Origin: Octopus sinensis
Lineage: Eukaryota
Length of the DNA stretch: 64,000 nucleotides
Assembly: GCF_006345805.1 (NCBI RefSeq)
Contig: NC_043006.1
Coordinates: forward strand, 27,962,001-28,026,000
Direction of reading: 5' to 3'
Shown here in pieces: positions 1-32,306 of this stretch. The position numbers and the translations under genes were made by a program. Positions within the stretch are counted from its first letter, which is position 1, and each line of letters opens with the position of its first letter. The notes under the pieces are model-generated. The model was given only the letters and a program-made list of their open reading frames with translations. It was not told the origin of the DNA and made no database searches.

Positions 1-2051
1 GTGCCAAAAATTAGAAAGAGTTCTTTCTTTCTTTTTTGTTGAGTTATAAACAGAATTTGAATTTTTGAAAACCTATTTTAAAGCATATCATTTCAGGTTT
101 AGATTTTACACCTTTTATATTTTGCATCAAAATTTGAGGGCAAACTTCAACATTTGATGACTTCATAAATGATATTGAATATAATAGAAATAGATTACTT
201 GGCTAGGAACTTTAAGAAATAGCCATTTTAGATATCTTTCCCCAATTCTATAAATTGTAAAGTCTAATCATCATCATCAACATCATCATGTCTCTTTTTC
301 CAAACACCACTTAAAATTATGAGAAAGCATCATTCAGAGTAAAACAAGAAGTTTGTACAGATTAGAAAAGTTAGAAAATACAGCTACCATTTTGATGATA
401 TTTTAAAATTTATTCCTTGTCTAACCACCTAACCACATAATATCATCTTGTAGATGATTGATACATTATATGATTTTCTGTAAATATTAAATCAAAGTAT
501 TTTTTCATTTTCTAATGAGAAGATGTATCTCGATCTATTTGAAAATGATAAGGACATCTCCAAGAAGAAACATTTACAAATAGTCTGAAGTTGTAAATTT
601 TTACACAGCAAATAAAGTCTTGAAAATGAATTTATAAAAAACAAAAATGTAATTCTTGTTATTTTTGGATGCTATTAAAGTAACCTGGCGTTTTTATTGT
701 AACTATAGCTTCAGTTAATGACAGCTGACAATAGGGATTACATGACAGAAAACGGCAGTATTCAGGAAATTAAACAGATTTTATAGCATGAATTCATTTG
801 AATGTTTTATTAGGAAGTCCATGATAATTAGCAGTATTGGTCATCAGCTACGCACAAAGTGGAGTTTGTTTTCACTGTCTACTCTAGCTGACATATTTGG
901 ATCACAAGAAAGCCAGCAAAGCTTATTGAAATGCTTTCACTTAGAGATCTGACCACAACATAAAATGAGAAAATTCATAACTATATTGTTTTCTTATTTA
1001 CTATTTTTTAATAGGTAAAGGTATGATTGATTAAGAACCTCATTTTACAACTGTGTAGTTTAGGGTTCAGTCCTGTTCCGTGGCACCTTGGGCAAGTATC
1101 TTATGCTATAGCTCCGGGTCAACCATGACCACTGCCATGTGAGAGAATTTGGTAGACAGAAACAGTGTGGAAAACCATTGTGTGTGTGTGTATACATATA
1201 TATATATATATATGTATAAATTAGAAAAAAAATTAAAATTTTTTTTGTAACCTCTTGTGTTTCCATAGCTTGCAATGAGTACACTGAATTCCTGTTCACA
1301 CCATTCCTACATGTCAAGTAAGGCATTTGCCTGAAGGGTAAATATATATAGTTTTATGCGCGCGCGTGTGTGTGTATACACATATACATACATATATCAT
1401 CATCATCATCATCATTTAACATCCATTGTTCATGCTGACATGGGTTGAATGGTGTTACTAGAGCTGGCAAGCTGGGGAGCTGCACCAGGCTCCAGTCTGA
1501 TTTGGCATGGTTTCTACAGCTGGATGCCCTTCCTCATGCCAACCACTTAACAGAGTGTGCTGGGTGCTTTTACATGGTGCTGCACAGGTACTTTTAGTTT
1601 TGCCAAAATTAGATTCATCAAAATAGTTCTGCCTGTTCCATTAGAAGCATTCAAGGAATTTTAACACCTATACCTATACCTATTCCTCTATCATACTTTA
1701 GCTTCTCAACATCTGGTGTAATGCCACCCCCCCCCCTCTCTACTATAACCTCAACCAATTGTGGTGTCTTTTCTTTACCTTGTGAGTTACTTGACAACCT
1801 CGCTACTTCTAGCGTCATGGAAAAAGGCACCCAGTACACTCCGCAAAGTGATGGCCTTAGAAAGGGCATCCAGCCATACAAACCATGCTAAAATGGACAT
1901 TGAAGCTCAACACATTCCTCCAGCTCATTGGATCCTACTGAGCTATGCATTACATGCCTGCATGGAAGATGGATGTTAAATGACGATGTATATATAATAT
2001 TATATATATTACATATTACACACACACACACACACATATATTTATATATAT

Positions 2052-2392
2052 GTGTGTGGTAAGAAGCTTTCTTCCGAACCACATGGTTCCACGTTCAGTC
2101 CCACTGTGTAGCAACTTGGGCAAGTGTCTTTTACTAAAACCTTGTGAGTGGATTTGGTAGATGGAAACTGAAAGAAGCCCATCGTATATATGTGTGCATG
2201 TGTTTGTCCCCTCACCATTGCTTGACAACCAATGTTGGTGTGTTTAGGTCCCCGTAACTTGGTAGTTTACCAAAAGTGACCGATGAGGTAAGTACTCGGC
2301 TTACAAAGAATAATTCCTGGGGTCGACTTGTTCGACTAAAAGCAGTGCTCCAGCATGGCCACAGTCAAATGACTGAAATGAATAAAAGAATA
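2052..2392 (+). mobile_element. tRNA-type SINE, family A
   Basis: A/B-box-like head, TTGGGCAAGTGTCTT core, internal TA/TG microsatellite and GCTCCAGCATGGCC..GACTGAAA tail, as at 32307 and 35290. Confidence 0.7.
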
Positions 2393-2633
2393 TATTAAAA
2401 AAATCTTTTTCGTTCATTTCCCTTGCTTTCAGCTGGTGTCTATGTGATAAATAGTTTTAGAGTCATTTGACATCTGGCATGTAGCTCTACCATGTAGTTT
2501 GCCCCTATTATAATTATTATAAAAAATTATATACTCTGTATTTATTTATACCCAAAAGGTTTTACATGCTAGCTACTTGATAAAATCCTATATAGATTTT
2601 ATCCTTGATTATAATAATAATAATAATATATAT

Positions 2634-2679
<46 letters not shown>

Positions 2680-5600
2680 TATTTAAGATATTTTTGCCCT
2701 TCTGTTCATGATGGGACATGGTTATCTCTTGCTACACTTGATAGCCTCACTGATAGCAAAACTTGATTCATGTTATGGCCTTACTTTCTTTGTCTCCTCT
2801 TGCTTTCTCTCCCTCTCCTTCTTTCTTTACCTTCTTCCTCACTACTGTGACACAGCAAACAATGCAGGGAATTATTTCTGAAAGAATCAATTATTGATTG
2901 ACCCTATTTTGAGCCTGGCTTATCAACATTTTGCTAAGACATGTTTGTTTATTATTATTATTTGTAAATTAATCTTCTTACTGTCTATGACCTTCTGCTT
3001 TTTTTCTAAGTTGTCTCCTTTCTAGCAAATATTAGCCTATTAACACCCATTAAGCACTGATGTAACTTACACTATACCAGTGTTAGTGCTTGTTATTATT
3101 ATTATCATTTTCACTATCATCTTCTTTCAATTCTGTTTCCATTTCTTGCCAGGGTGTCTTCTTGACACCTAGGGCAGACGAATGCACTGTACACATTGGT
3201 AGGCCATTCCAATAAACACACCAGATTGTTCCTTTACAAACTCATGTGATAGCGAACAAGGGGAAGACAGTGAGAAAAAGAAAAAACAAAAAAGTAAACA
3301 ATCATTATTGATGTTAATTATTATTATTATTATTATTTTCTCAAAGTCGCTCAATGTCCACATCAAAAGCCAACCGATCAATAATTTATTTATCTCATGC
3401 TATTGCCTGATCTCTCCTAATCAGACATGTTAGTCATTGGTAGATTAGTTCTGTTTGAGGTAATATCTATTTCTCCTTCAGGAGTTTATAGAAGAATTGA
3501 AGCTAAACACTGTAAAATAACAGAACACAACTCAAATATTTAGTGCTGCCGCCGCCACCACTTACATCCATAGCATAGAACAGTATCTACATTTCTCCAG
3601 GGTAGTGTATTTACAACTTGACTGCCTAGGAAATAACTCAATGCTACTAAAATAGAAACTAAAATGTTAACTGTCATATAAAAGGTAACTTTGGAAGTAT
3701 ACTTTTGACACAATGGGTAATATCAGGAAATATAGTATACATACAATTATTATTATTTAACTTTTATCAAATTGGTTGGTGCTCATACAGAATGATGAAA
3801 TGAATACTAATTTTCAAAAGAAAAATATCTGTTACCTGTTAGATAAAACAAATTTATTTATTTGTATAACTCCACCCATGACTACACACTGTCATTTCAT
3901 CCTCCTCTTTGATTCTTTCTCTCTTGTTGTGTGTGTGTGTGTGGCTTTTATTCATTGCCTATCACCAAGCCTCATGCACTCATCCTCAATCTCATCTTTT
4001 ACTCTCTCTCCCCCACTTTCTTTACAATGTAAAGTGTGATGGGAGAAATCAACCAACCAACATTTATATCAACTGTTATTATATAGAAATTACAAATTCT
4101 TCAACCAGAACTTACCTATAACTGTTAGTTTTATGAAATATCATCATCATCATTATCATCATTTCAGTGTGTTTTACTGTGTATTCTGGCGTGAGTTGGA
4201 CAGGTTTGAAGAACAGTATATAGCTACTTCTCTTGATTCTAAGAAATCTTTGAGGCTCATCATTCTCAGATCTGACTGCATACCTTTTTGCAATGTCTTT
4301 AGATTTCCCCAACCAATGCTACCTTTCACTGTCACCATATATCACTTTTTATCTCACACATATGTAATAATAATTAAAAAAAATCTTTTCTTCTCTTCAT
4401 TCTTCGATGAGTTTGGTTTGATGACCTCACCCAAAACAGAATAAATTTATTTTTCAGTAAAATAATTTACTGATCTAAATTTTTCTTTATCTCTTTCTTT
4501 TGGTACATATAGTATTGTTTAATGCAAGGTGTGTATTACTTTCTAGAGATTAGCAGTTATAAGCCTTGCCTAAAGCATTTTTATCTTCTTCGTTATTAAA
4601 TACAGGTCTGAACAGTTACATGTCTTCTTAGTTTTATATGCAGCTTGATACCCATTTTCACATGGTAGTATTAGTGAGATGGTTTATATCAATGCAAGTC
4701 AGACATATGACCTTCTGGTACTGTTAAATGCATTATTGCAAAAATGGAAACCACTCTAAGTCAAGCAAACTGATGTATGTACAGTTATATGCCTTGCCTA
4801 GTGATAATGACTATGGTAAAATTTGAACTTCTGATTTGTGATTCTGAGTTGTAATGTAATTTGTTACATACAATAAATAAGATAACCAGACAGCAGTAAA
4901 AACATTGTAATGAACTAACAAATCTCTTTACGAATCAACAATCAATATTCCTTGTGAACTAACCAACTGACACCTTCTGACTTCACTGCGAACTAACATA
5001 AACTTCACTCAACTCTGAACTCTGAACTCACTCAGATTGTTACTATCTATACTTTACTCGGATCAGTCCATCTCTCACAAGGAGGCATTGTAACTCTCAT
5101 TACATCTCTCCTTTTGAGATTTTGACTACTGTGAGAAAGTGGAATTTCTTTTATTTTTTCTTCTTTCCAGCACCTCTCCTTTATTTTTTTTTTAGCTGTT
5201 GTGTCTTAATTGTTGCCCAACTTTCAAGGTAGTATTGTTCATTGCACACACCACTTTTTCTTTCTGTTGTACTGAGCACTCTTGTTAGTCTTACTTTTTT
5301 TGTTTTTTAATTTGATATCTTTTACATTTAGGTATTACTTCCCGATATTCAGTCTGTTTTCATTTTCTGAAGCTAATTCTATATCTCTCGGTGCTGGCAC
5401 ACTTCAAACATATCATAGAAGACTTCCCTTGGTATTACTCTCTTTGTTCTTCTGTATGTCTCATCTTTAACTGGTTAAGGTGTCTCTTATGTTCTGAACA
5501 TTGTCCTTTAATTAAATGTGTCATGTTACCCAATCTTTTGATTACACAGCCATTCTCCCAACCTTCTTTACTACTTTTGTAATTTTTAAAATGCAATTTC

Positions 5601-5989
5601 CAGCATCTTAAATACTCCATGATTATTCAGTCAGTTCAAGCTCTCTAAATTATGTTGACCTACTCTGTATGCAACATTTCAAGTAGGTAAACTGGAAAAA
5701 GTAATGTTGTGTCATTGTAAATATGATACAATACACTATTCATAACTCATAAATTCAGTGTATGGTATTCTATCTTCTTAGTCATTACAATTAAATAGTA
5801 GAACTCTTGATGTAAGGGTGTGTTCATAAATGAATATGGGTGTGTGCATGTAAATATACATAAGTACATACATATATATACACACCTTCATTGTCAGATA
5901 AAACATGTCACACCCTGCTTCTCATTTTTCTCATAAAGCATAACAAAAAATTTTCTCTTTATATTGTCATGGATCACAGCATGCAATTA

Positions 5990-6470
5990 AATATTTCAGG
6001 ATAAAGTGGTAAAAAGATTTTGATTTGTTTTTTTCAATGGTTTACAGTGCACAAGGTGCATTCCAGAAGTTTTGAGACTTTTCAGGAGAGAAATTAAGTT
6101 CAAATTTCTTTTAAAAAAGGATTCTCTGACCTCAGTGCACTTGTTATAGTACTCCATCCACTTTATGAATTTCCCATGGAAGTCCTCCAAAGTGAAGGTG
6201 TCCAGGACCCTTGTCACCTTCATTTTCTCAATGTCTTCAAAATGACTGCTCCTGAGGTTCTCCTTCAGCTTGGGGCACAACCAAAAGTTGAATGGAACTG
6301 TAGGGAGAGTGAGGGACAGTTTTGATGTCCATCTTTATCAAACAGTTTATAACCAGGATGGAATTGTGGCCTGATGCACTTTCCAGGTACAGGTATCAGT
6401 GACTCGAGTGGAAGAGCTCTGGCCTTTTGTGACAAAATCTCTTTATGGAAACCTTCACAAAGTTTGCTGA
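5990..6470 (-). mobile_element. Mariner transposase C-terminal remnant
   Basis: Frameshifted translation resembles mariner ...KRPELF...IKTVPHSPYS...PKLKENLRSSHFEDIEKM...TRVLDTFTLEDFHGKFIKWMEYYNKC. Confidence 0.7.
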
Positions 6471-6474
6471 GCAT

Positions 6475-7200
6475 CTGCGGTGTTTTTTGTCCCTGTGCAT
6501 CTGCCGCACACAAAAGCTATCTTCCCGGTTAACCATCCTTTGATGTTGCTGCACTGCATCTCTTATGCATCCATAGCTTACATTGAGTACATCTTATGGA
6601 GTTTTTACCTACGCCTTTTCTGCAGATCTAGCAGGGCCATCTACCTGAAGGGGTTTGTGATGTGTTCGCCTTGCAACTTACTAGGACTTTGGTTTTTGCA
6701 GCATTGACTCTAAGGCCCATTGATTCTAAACCCTGCTTCCACACCTGAAATTTCTTCTCTAGTTCTGGTTGTGATTCTGCTATGAGAACAAGGTCATCGG
6801 CATAGAGGAGCTCCCAGGGGCAACCTGTCTTGAATTCTTCTGTTATTGCCTGGAGGACTATGATGAATAAGGGGGAGTGCTGAGGTCTGATCCTTGGTGA
6901 TCCCCTACTTCTACCCCGAATTCTTCACTATACTCATTCCTGACCCTTAACTTACTAATGGCATCCCTGTACAGCTCTTATTAACCACTCATCAATCCCC
7001 AGTTTCTGCATTGCCCACCAGATAAGTGATTGGGGGACCTTGTCAAAGGCTTTCTCCAAGTCAACAAAAGCCAAGTATAGGGGTTTATCTTTGGCTAGGT
7101 ATTTCTCCTGCAGTTGTTGTACCAGGAATATAGCATCAGTGGTGCTTCTACCTGGCACGAAACCGAACTGCATCGCATCTAAGCATACTCTCTTCCTTAT
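6475..7200 (-). mobile_element. RTE-clade LINE reverse transcriptase fragment
   Basis: QFGFVPGRSTTDAIF...LYLAFVDLEKAFDKVP, followed by WELLYADDLVLIAES around 6780-6820. Disrupted. Confidence 0.88.
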
Positions 7201-8110
7201 TAGTTGGGCTATGACTTAATCTTGTTAATTGGTTATACAACTATTAGCACAAATGGAATGATTGGATCTTCACTTCAACAAGACTGTAGATATTTTGTTA
7301 TTATTTGTGTGGGACACTTAATTTTCTTGTCTCAGTTCACCTTTATCTGCCATACCTCTTTGGAATGTTACTATCACATACCAACATGTTTTAACAACTA
7401 GCTAAAGCATGTGTTGCATCCTCTCCCTCCATCTTCTACTGCAGCTACAACAACCCCTGCTCCTCTGAATATCCTAACTGCATACCACTTCCACTCATAG
7501 CCATCTGGTAACATATCTGACTTGTTTCCATTCTCCATCCTGTCGTCCCTGCTAACTTATCCCTTACTAAACTTTTTATCCAACCACCTCACTAGATCTG
7601 CATCCCTTTAGAATTTCCTCCCTGCCCACATTAATCTTAATCTCAAAGGACCTCACCATTTTACTAACTTATCAAAAAGAATGTAACTTGTTGAGCATAG
7701 AGCTCCTCCCTTGAGACACATAATCTTGCAAGCTGTGTGGTAACATCACTAGTGCTGGTGGCACAAAGAAAAATCACCCAGTAAACTCTGTAAAATGGTT
7801 GATGTTAGGAAAAAACATCCAGCTGTAAAACTATGCCAAAGCAAACATTGGACATGATGAAGACATTGAAACCATTGGATTCTGTCAAACTGTCCAACCA
7901 TGTCAGCATGGAATATGAACATTAGATGATGATGATGATGATGTGCAAACTATATTTTTAATGACGTTGTTTATACCTTTTCTTCTAATTTCATTGAAGA
8001 GAATTTCCAAAATATATACCTACCAATTTGTATTTGTGTACTGAATGCTCTCATTTTTAACATCCTTACAATCAAGCTGTTCTAAATAATAACTGTAAAA
8101 TGATATTTGT

Positions 8111-8361
8111 ATTGCAGCGTGGAAGGTGTTTGTAAGCCATTTAAGAAACACACAAAAGCCGTTCAATTCACTTCAACATTTAAGTTTAATTTGTCAAAAT
8201 ATTTTCGTCGCTTTAAGACAGCGACCTGTTCACTGACAAAAATCCGTGCTTGAACAGGTCGCGGTCTTCAAGCGACGAAAATATTTTGACAAATTAAACT
8301 TAAATGTTGAAGTGAATTGAACGGCTTTTGTGTGTTTCTTAAATGGCTTCCACGCTGCAAT
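8111..8361. repeat. Near-perfect foldback (arms ~110-120 bp, 18-nt spacer) in a CREB3-family intron
   Basis: ATTGCAGCGTGGAAG...GCGACCTGTTCA is mirrored by TGAACAGGTCGC...CTTCCACGCTGCAAT, with a few mismatches and a ~10-nt indel. Confidence 0.9.
8190..8240 (-). ncRNA. Type I mini-hammerhead motif with G3:C8 compensatory core
   Basis: Minus strand reads TTTGTCA-GTGAACA-G-GTCGC TGTCTTAAA GCGAC-GAA-AATATT-T-TGACAAA: 7-bp stem I, 5-bp stem II, loopless palindromic stem III. Confidence 0.65.
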
Positions 8362-8496
8362 TGTTTTCGTTTCAGCACACGATCTCAGATCAAATCACTT
8401 GCTATGCAAGTACATCTCCGATATTTGTATTGAATAGCAAATACATCCTGTATTTTTATACATGTTACTTATCTTTTCCATTTTATATCTTTCTAG

Positions 8497-26853
<18,357 letters not shown>

Positions 26854-26893
26854 ACTGAAGACAATTGTTGAATGCAATTGCTGACTCTCATAA

Positions 26894-26904
26894 AATAAAA
26901 TAAA
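26894..26904 (+). terminator. Candidate polyadenylation signals (two overlapping AATAAA) after the CREB3-family stop
   Basis: AATAAAATAAA lies about 40 nt after the stop. Usage is not demonstrable from sequence. Confidence 0.35.
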
Positions 26905-27078
26905 CTGGAGTTATATTATTTTTAACTGGCAGAGCTTTTTACTATACCCAATGGCTTTGGTTTCTCTGCTTGCTAAAAATATTTGCAATACGTATAATCT
27001 ATATTAGAGATTATTTCTATTGTGTGTGTGTGCGTATATATATGCATGCATGTATATATATATATGGGAATAAAGGCA

Positions 27079-27133
<55 letters not shown>

Positions 27134-28282
27134 GTGTAGGTATGTATGTGCATAAAGAGGATGTATAGTTTATTTATATTTAAAAAAATATTGGACAATT
27201 TTGTTTGGCTTAGGACATATTGAACAATATAAAAAGTTCAAGTAGTTATGCCAAGAACTAAATTTGATAAGAACACAGTGTGTTTGCTGTAATGTAGTTG
27301 ATATATAATTCAGTATTCTTACTGGTCAAAATATTGCACAAATATTAATGATGATGACGACAATAGTGGTGTCTACACCAGTGATGATAATGATAAAGAA
27401 TTTTTATTGCGCAGCTGTTGCTCTGTTTTCCAGTCAGAGAGTAGGTTCCGTATGCAATTTTAGTAAATATTCCAAACGTTTTATCTCTGCTTCAGAAAAT
27501 AATATTATGACTCACTGAAAGCAAATATATTAACTGTAATCAATAATTAACTAAATAAAGGTATTTTTATAAATCAATAAAATTAATTTAGGTTAGGCTA
27601 ATTTTGAAAATTAGTGGTAAATTACATTATATTGCACTTAATGTCTAGACAGGTTTAATTTACTTGTAAATATGTGAGAACCATCTAAAAGCAACATTAT
27701 AATTTTCCTTTGTTTATTTATTGTTTTAATTTTGTATAATATAAAAACAGCTTTAAAGGACTTTAATCAGAATTTGGTTTTTAATTTTAATATGAAACAT
27801 TAGTGCTATATTGTGGGTATTAAATACAGACTGTGCTGAATAATTAAAACATAAGCATATTAGTAATATTGTTCCACACTTTAGTATGTTAAGAAGTAGG
27901 GCATACACTGAATTAATAGGAACTATGTAAGAGTGTATGTATCATACAATGAGTACACTCGTTAAGAAGATAAGAAGACTGGTCTGAAAAATAAATGAAG
28001 AAACTGGTTTCTGATATTGAAGAAGACTTGGACATCTCCTAATTCTAAACAAGAATAAACAAAAGAAGTTTTATTTATGTATAGATTTCATATAAAAATT
28101 ATATTGGTAAATGATATAATTACACACACACATTCTTACACATGTATATATCAAAATTTGCTGATTCATTCATAATATCTCTGTCTCTGTGTATGTATGT
28201 GCATGCATTTGTGATTATATATGAGTGTGTTTGTGTGTGTGTGCGCACGCGCACATTTTGCATGTGCTTGTGGTGTACATAC

Positions 28283-28357
<75 letters not shown>

Positions 28358-30119
28358 TATTCCATATACACTGAATTACTTATATTTTAGTTATGTACAC
28401 TGGATGTGAAGTAGTACATGTATGCATAAATGTTATATGCTTACATATAATATAATATTGTGATATAAAATGCAAAACAGATTAAAATATTTTAACTGCT
28501 AAAATGTATTTTAGTCTCTGATATTACTTTTAAAGAAAAAGAAGAAAATAGAGGATATTTTTACATAACCAGATATAAATATAATTTGAATATAATTCAA
28601 CAAAAAGCTGTGATTATATATGTATAATAATTTAGAATCTGTGTTGCTTGAAGTTTCATCAGTTCATTGAAATGCTGTATTATTTGAAAACATTTTTATT
28701 GTTGCACTTTATTTGCATTTTATCTGGCATCTGTATCAAAGAGTTTACTGACTGATAATTATCATCTTTTATTCAAATCAAGTGGTGAACATCAGTTTTT
28801 CTTTACCTTACAAAGTTGAATCAATACATATTTTCTTCTTTTATATCTCATTAAAACTGTCTTTTGTTTTTGTCTATCCTTTTTCAATCTCTGAAAACCT
28901 GGAAGAAAGGACTTCCATTGTTTATTTATAAACATATTGACTTGACCCTTTTGATAGCAACCCACTTGAGACTGCCCCTGGCTTTTTTCTACAAACTTTC
29001 TGTTTTCAAGTGATCTAAATTAAATTTCATATTAATTTATGTTCCAAACATCAGCTTAACAAAGTTATGTTACTGAATTCATTATTTTTTAAATTACTTG
29101 AAATAAAGAGGGTGGTTTTAATAGATATATGGTAAGAAAAATGTTAAAAACACTTATCAAGTTGGTATCAGAGAACATAGAAACACAATGTATGTTCTAT
29201 CCATTTCTTTCCCTATCAATATTAGTTATGTGTCTGAGATAGTTGGACTTCAGAGAAGTTGTTATGAACAGGAAGTTTGGGAAAATTTGTCTGGGCAATC
29301 CAGTGACAGTAATAGTTCAATTCCTTGAATAACTCCTTTTAGTTTCAGTTTTATCTCTCATTTTGCTGTGCTGAGATCCTGCTGAGGTCAAATTTGCCTT
29401 TCATTTTTTTTAGTGTCAGTAAAATACCAGTTGAATCAACACATTACTCTACAAAACTGACTGTATGTCTACTCAAAAGAAACCTGTATTAGATATGAGT
29501 ATTTAAACTGGCCTTATCCGGCCCAAATATTCTACATGTCTTATATTCAAACTGGCCATATCTAGCCTCTCACACCTAACCTACAGTGACATTCTAAAAA
29601 TAAACAATCATATCATTGAAACCTCAAAACTATAACATAATGCATGAGAATTCAAAACAATTTGAGTGAAAAAGTATTACATTTAATAGAGAAATTTGAA
29701 CACCATAGGGTTAATGACTTTAGGGAACATTCAGCAAGCTTTTGACCTATTCTGTGTAGAATCATGATTCTGAATTTAATCTTATTTGCATTGAATTTTA
29801 AGCTTATTTGCTCTTAAGAAAAGCATTTCTTCTACGATCTCATTTCTCCAGCTGTATAAATCTATGATGACCTTGGGTTTATATAGGAACATAAATGTTT
29901 GAAGTGTTGAAGACTGATAATTAGTCATCGTCATTTCACACCCACTTTCTCATGTTTGCAGGGATACACAGCATTTGTTGATGCAGATTTTTCAATGCTA
30001 TTTTTGCTGGCAGCCCTCACTGGTTTCCATGTAAGGTAATATTTCCTATGGCCAGACATGTTTCCCGGGGAAGAATGGAAATAGACAACAATGACAGTAA
30101 TGCTTGTTTACAGACATAA

Positions 30120-32040
30120 CTTGATATCAACACAAGAGTCGCCTAAAGGTTCTTCAGTAGTGACACTAATAATTGTTCCAGGAGAAGCGGTAAATAGCAG
30201 ATCCAAAGTTTTGTTACCCCTTCTGGGGGACGTAACAACTTGAGATCAATTTGAATTCAGCACCAGTTCAAGGAAATCATGGCAGCAACTCTGAGGATAT
30301 CAAAAAGTTGTGTGTCTTGATGATAATATGGGGGGGGGGGCGGTAAACAACTCCAAGTAGAAGTGATGACATGGTCATGTGTATATTGCAGAAAAATACT
30401 TCCTGTTGAGATTGGTTCAAATCATCAGAAGGAATTGCCGATAAATTTGAATGAACATAAACCATCACACTCCCACCACAGCAATTAATGTGGTCTTTGC
30501 CAAACAGGTTGTAGCCAGCTATGCTGAAAACCCCATCACAGAGTGCAGAATGTACCCATGTTTCCGTGACTGATGAAATGCGAGTCGATACTTTTGATGT
30601 AAGAGTCAAACTGATGTACCTTGTTGCATAAACTATGGGCATTTAAGGACAACAGTTTGTATCTGGATTTCAGATGACGATGATATACAGGGGATGGCTG
30701 ATTGTTCTTGTTTAGTTTCCCATGATTTTTGTATTGCCAGTTATTGTGGGTGCAGTATGCTCAGACCAACTGATATCCCTTATCCACGACTCATCAGACT
30801 TGATGAATTTCCATATTTGCCCATCGTCACATAGGCTAAAGCTTTCCTGTGGCAGAGAGTTGTGATTTAGGGAAGCTACAGATCTTAGCTTTGGGCGTAC
30901 ATCAGGTGGTAGACCAGGACGTGTCCGAAAGGTAATTCTGTTTACACGCCAAGCCCTATCAGTGGCTAGATGGTATGTCCGCGCCTCAGTAGAGTTCGAA
31001 AACAACAGCCTAATCAATCTGGGTTTGGATCCTGGTTGGCCAAGGCGGAAAGCACTTTTTGGAGGTACACAGCTTAGGTCCTTAGGTGTGTTGCCAGTAA
31101 ATGCCTGTAGATCTACCACATCTTCCGATACTCCGATGACAATTACTTCATGGGTAGTTGATTCAGTGACTTCCTCGATGCGTAAGAGTAACTTCCTCGA
31201 TGCGTACGGGTAAATTGTTGAGCAAGGCACTCCGATATGATCCCTCATTGTGAGGTTTTGCATAGACGCTGGTTTTAATTCCTGCTTAATGCAGAACTCA
31301 TTTGTCGAATTTCTGCAACTTCTGTACTGATGTTCGATCTTTGTTGATGTTGAGAAGTATCAAGAGAGGAGGGCATAGTTGGCTTTTGTTCCTATTTCAG
31401 GAAGCATTTATCAAAGGCTGCCAAAAATTGTCTGGCGATTTTAGAAGTTACATTTGAGGCATAGATTGGGTTGTACCAAAGAACAGTGTAGTTTCTTTTT
31501 TGGTGTTAAGTTTATTTATGCTAGTGTTTTGTGTTTGTTTAGTGGAATAAATTGTGTCGGGTGTTTCTATATGCCTGTATGTTTATGTGTGTGTGTATAA
31601 TTGTGTGAGTGTTTAAGTGTACTTGCCTGCAGACATGTGAGATTGTGTGGGGTTAATGTACATTTGGATTTGTATGTCCTGTGGTGTGGGTGTAATGAGG
31701 TGCTTGTGTGTGTGATAGGGTGCTTGTGTGTGTGATGGGGTGCACATGTGAGTGTGTGGGTGTGTGAACATTGCATGAGGGTATGAGTTTGCCTGTGTGA
31801 GTGTGTATGTGTGCTCCATGGTGGCAGTGTTGATGTGATCTCTGTATGTGTCTGGGTAGGTGAATCTTTGTGCCCTGAGGGATGTGTCCGTGTGTGAGGT
31901 GTGTTCCTGTATGTGTGTATAACTGTGGGTGTGTGTGATTGATTGACGTACATACTTGTGGTAAGAGCTGGCATGTGCCCATGAGTATAATTATTAATGT
32001 GTGCATCTGTATGTCTTTGCATTGATTTAAACATAAGAAT
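30120..32040 (-). mobile_element. 5' part of a CR1/L2-like LINE (CA-rich leader, ORF1 remnant, APE endonuclease remnant; RT absent)
   Basis: APE motifs VTETW, GGSVMVYV, GVVYRPP and TLDLLFT lie at 30140-30640. An ORF1-like stretch (AFRLGQPGSKPRLIRLLF) lies at 30712-31263. Confidence 0.72.
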
Positions 32041-32306
32041 GTGTGCTTCTGTTCGTTTGTCTAACTCTTAAAATCTCTTAATTCAGTGAAACTCAAATGT
32101 AAATCTCCCAGCTTAGAACCTTATTATCCCACCTGAGGAGTCTTCTATTCACTGTGCATTGCATCTGGTGTTATTGCATTGTTCCATGCCCACAAAGGAG
32201 CAGTGCATCTTGAAGATGAAACAATTGTTGTGGTAGTATAAATTTTTTTGTTGGTACATTCCATCTTTTCTGTTTATCTTTAATATATATATATATATAT
32301 ATATAA

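Noticed and set aside
4850-5104. Solo LTR (TGTAATG...CATTACA ends)
   Set aside because: No target-site duplication, PBS or PPT is visible; the terminal match could be chance.
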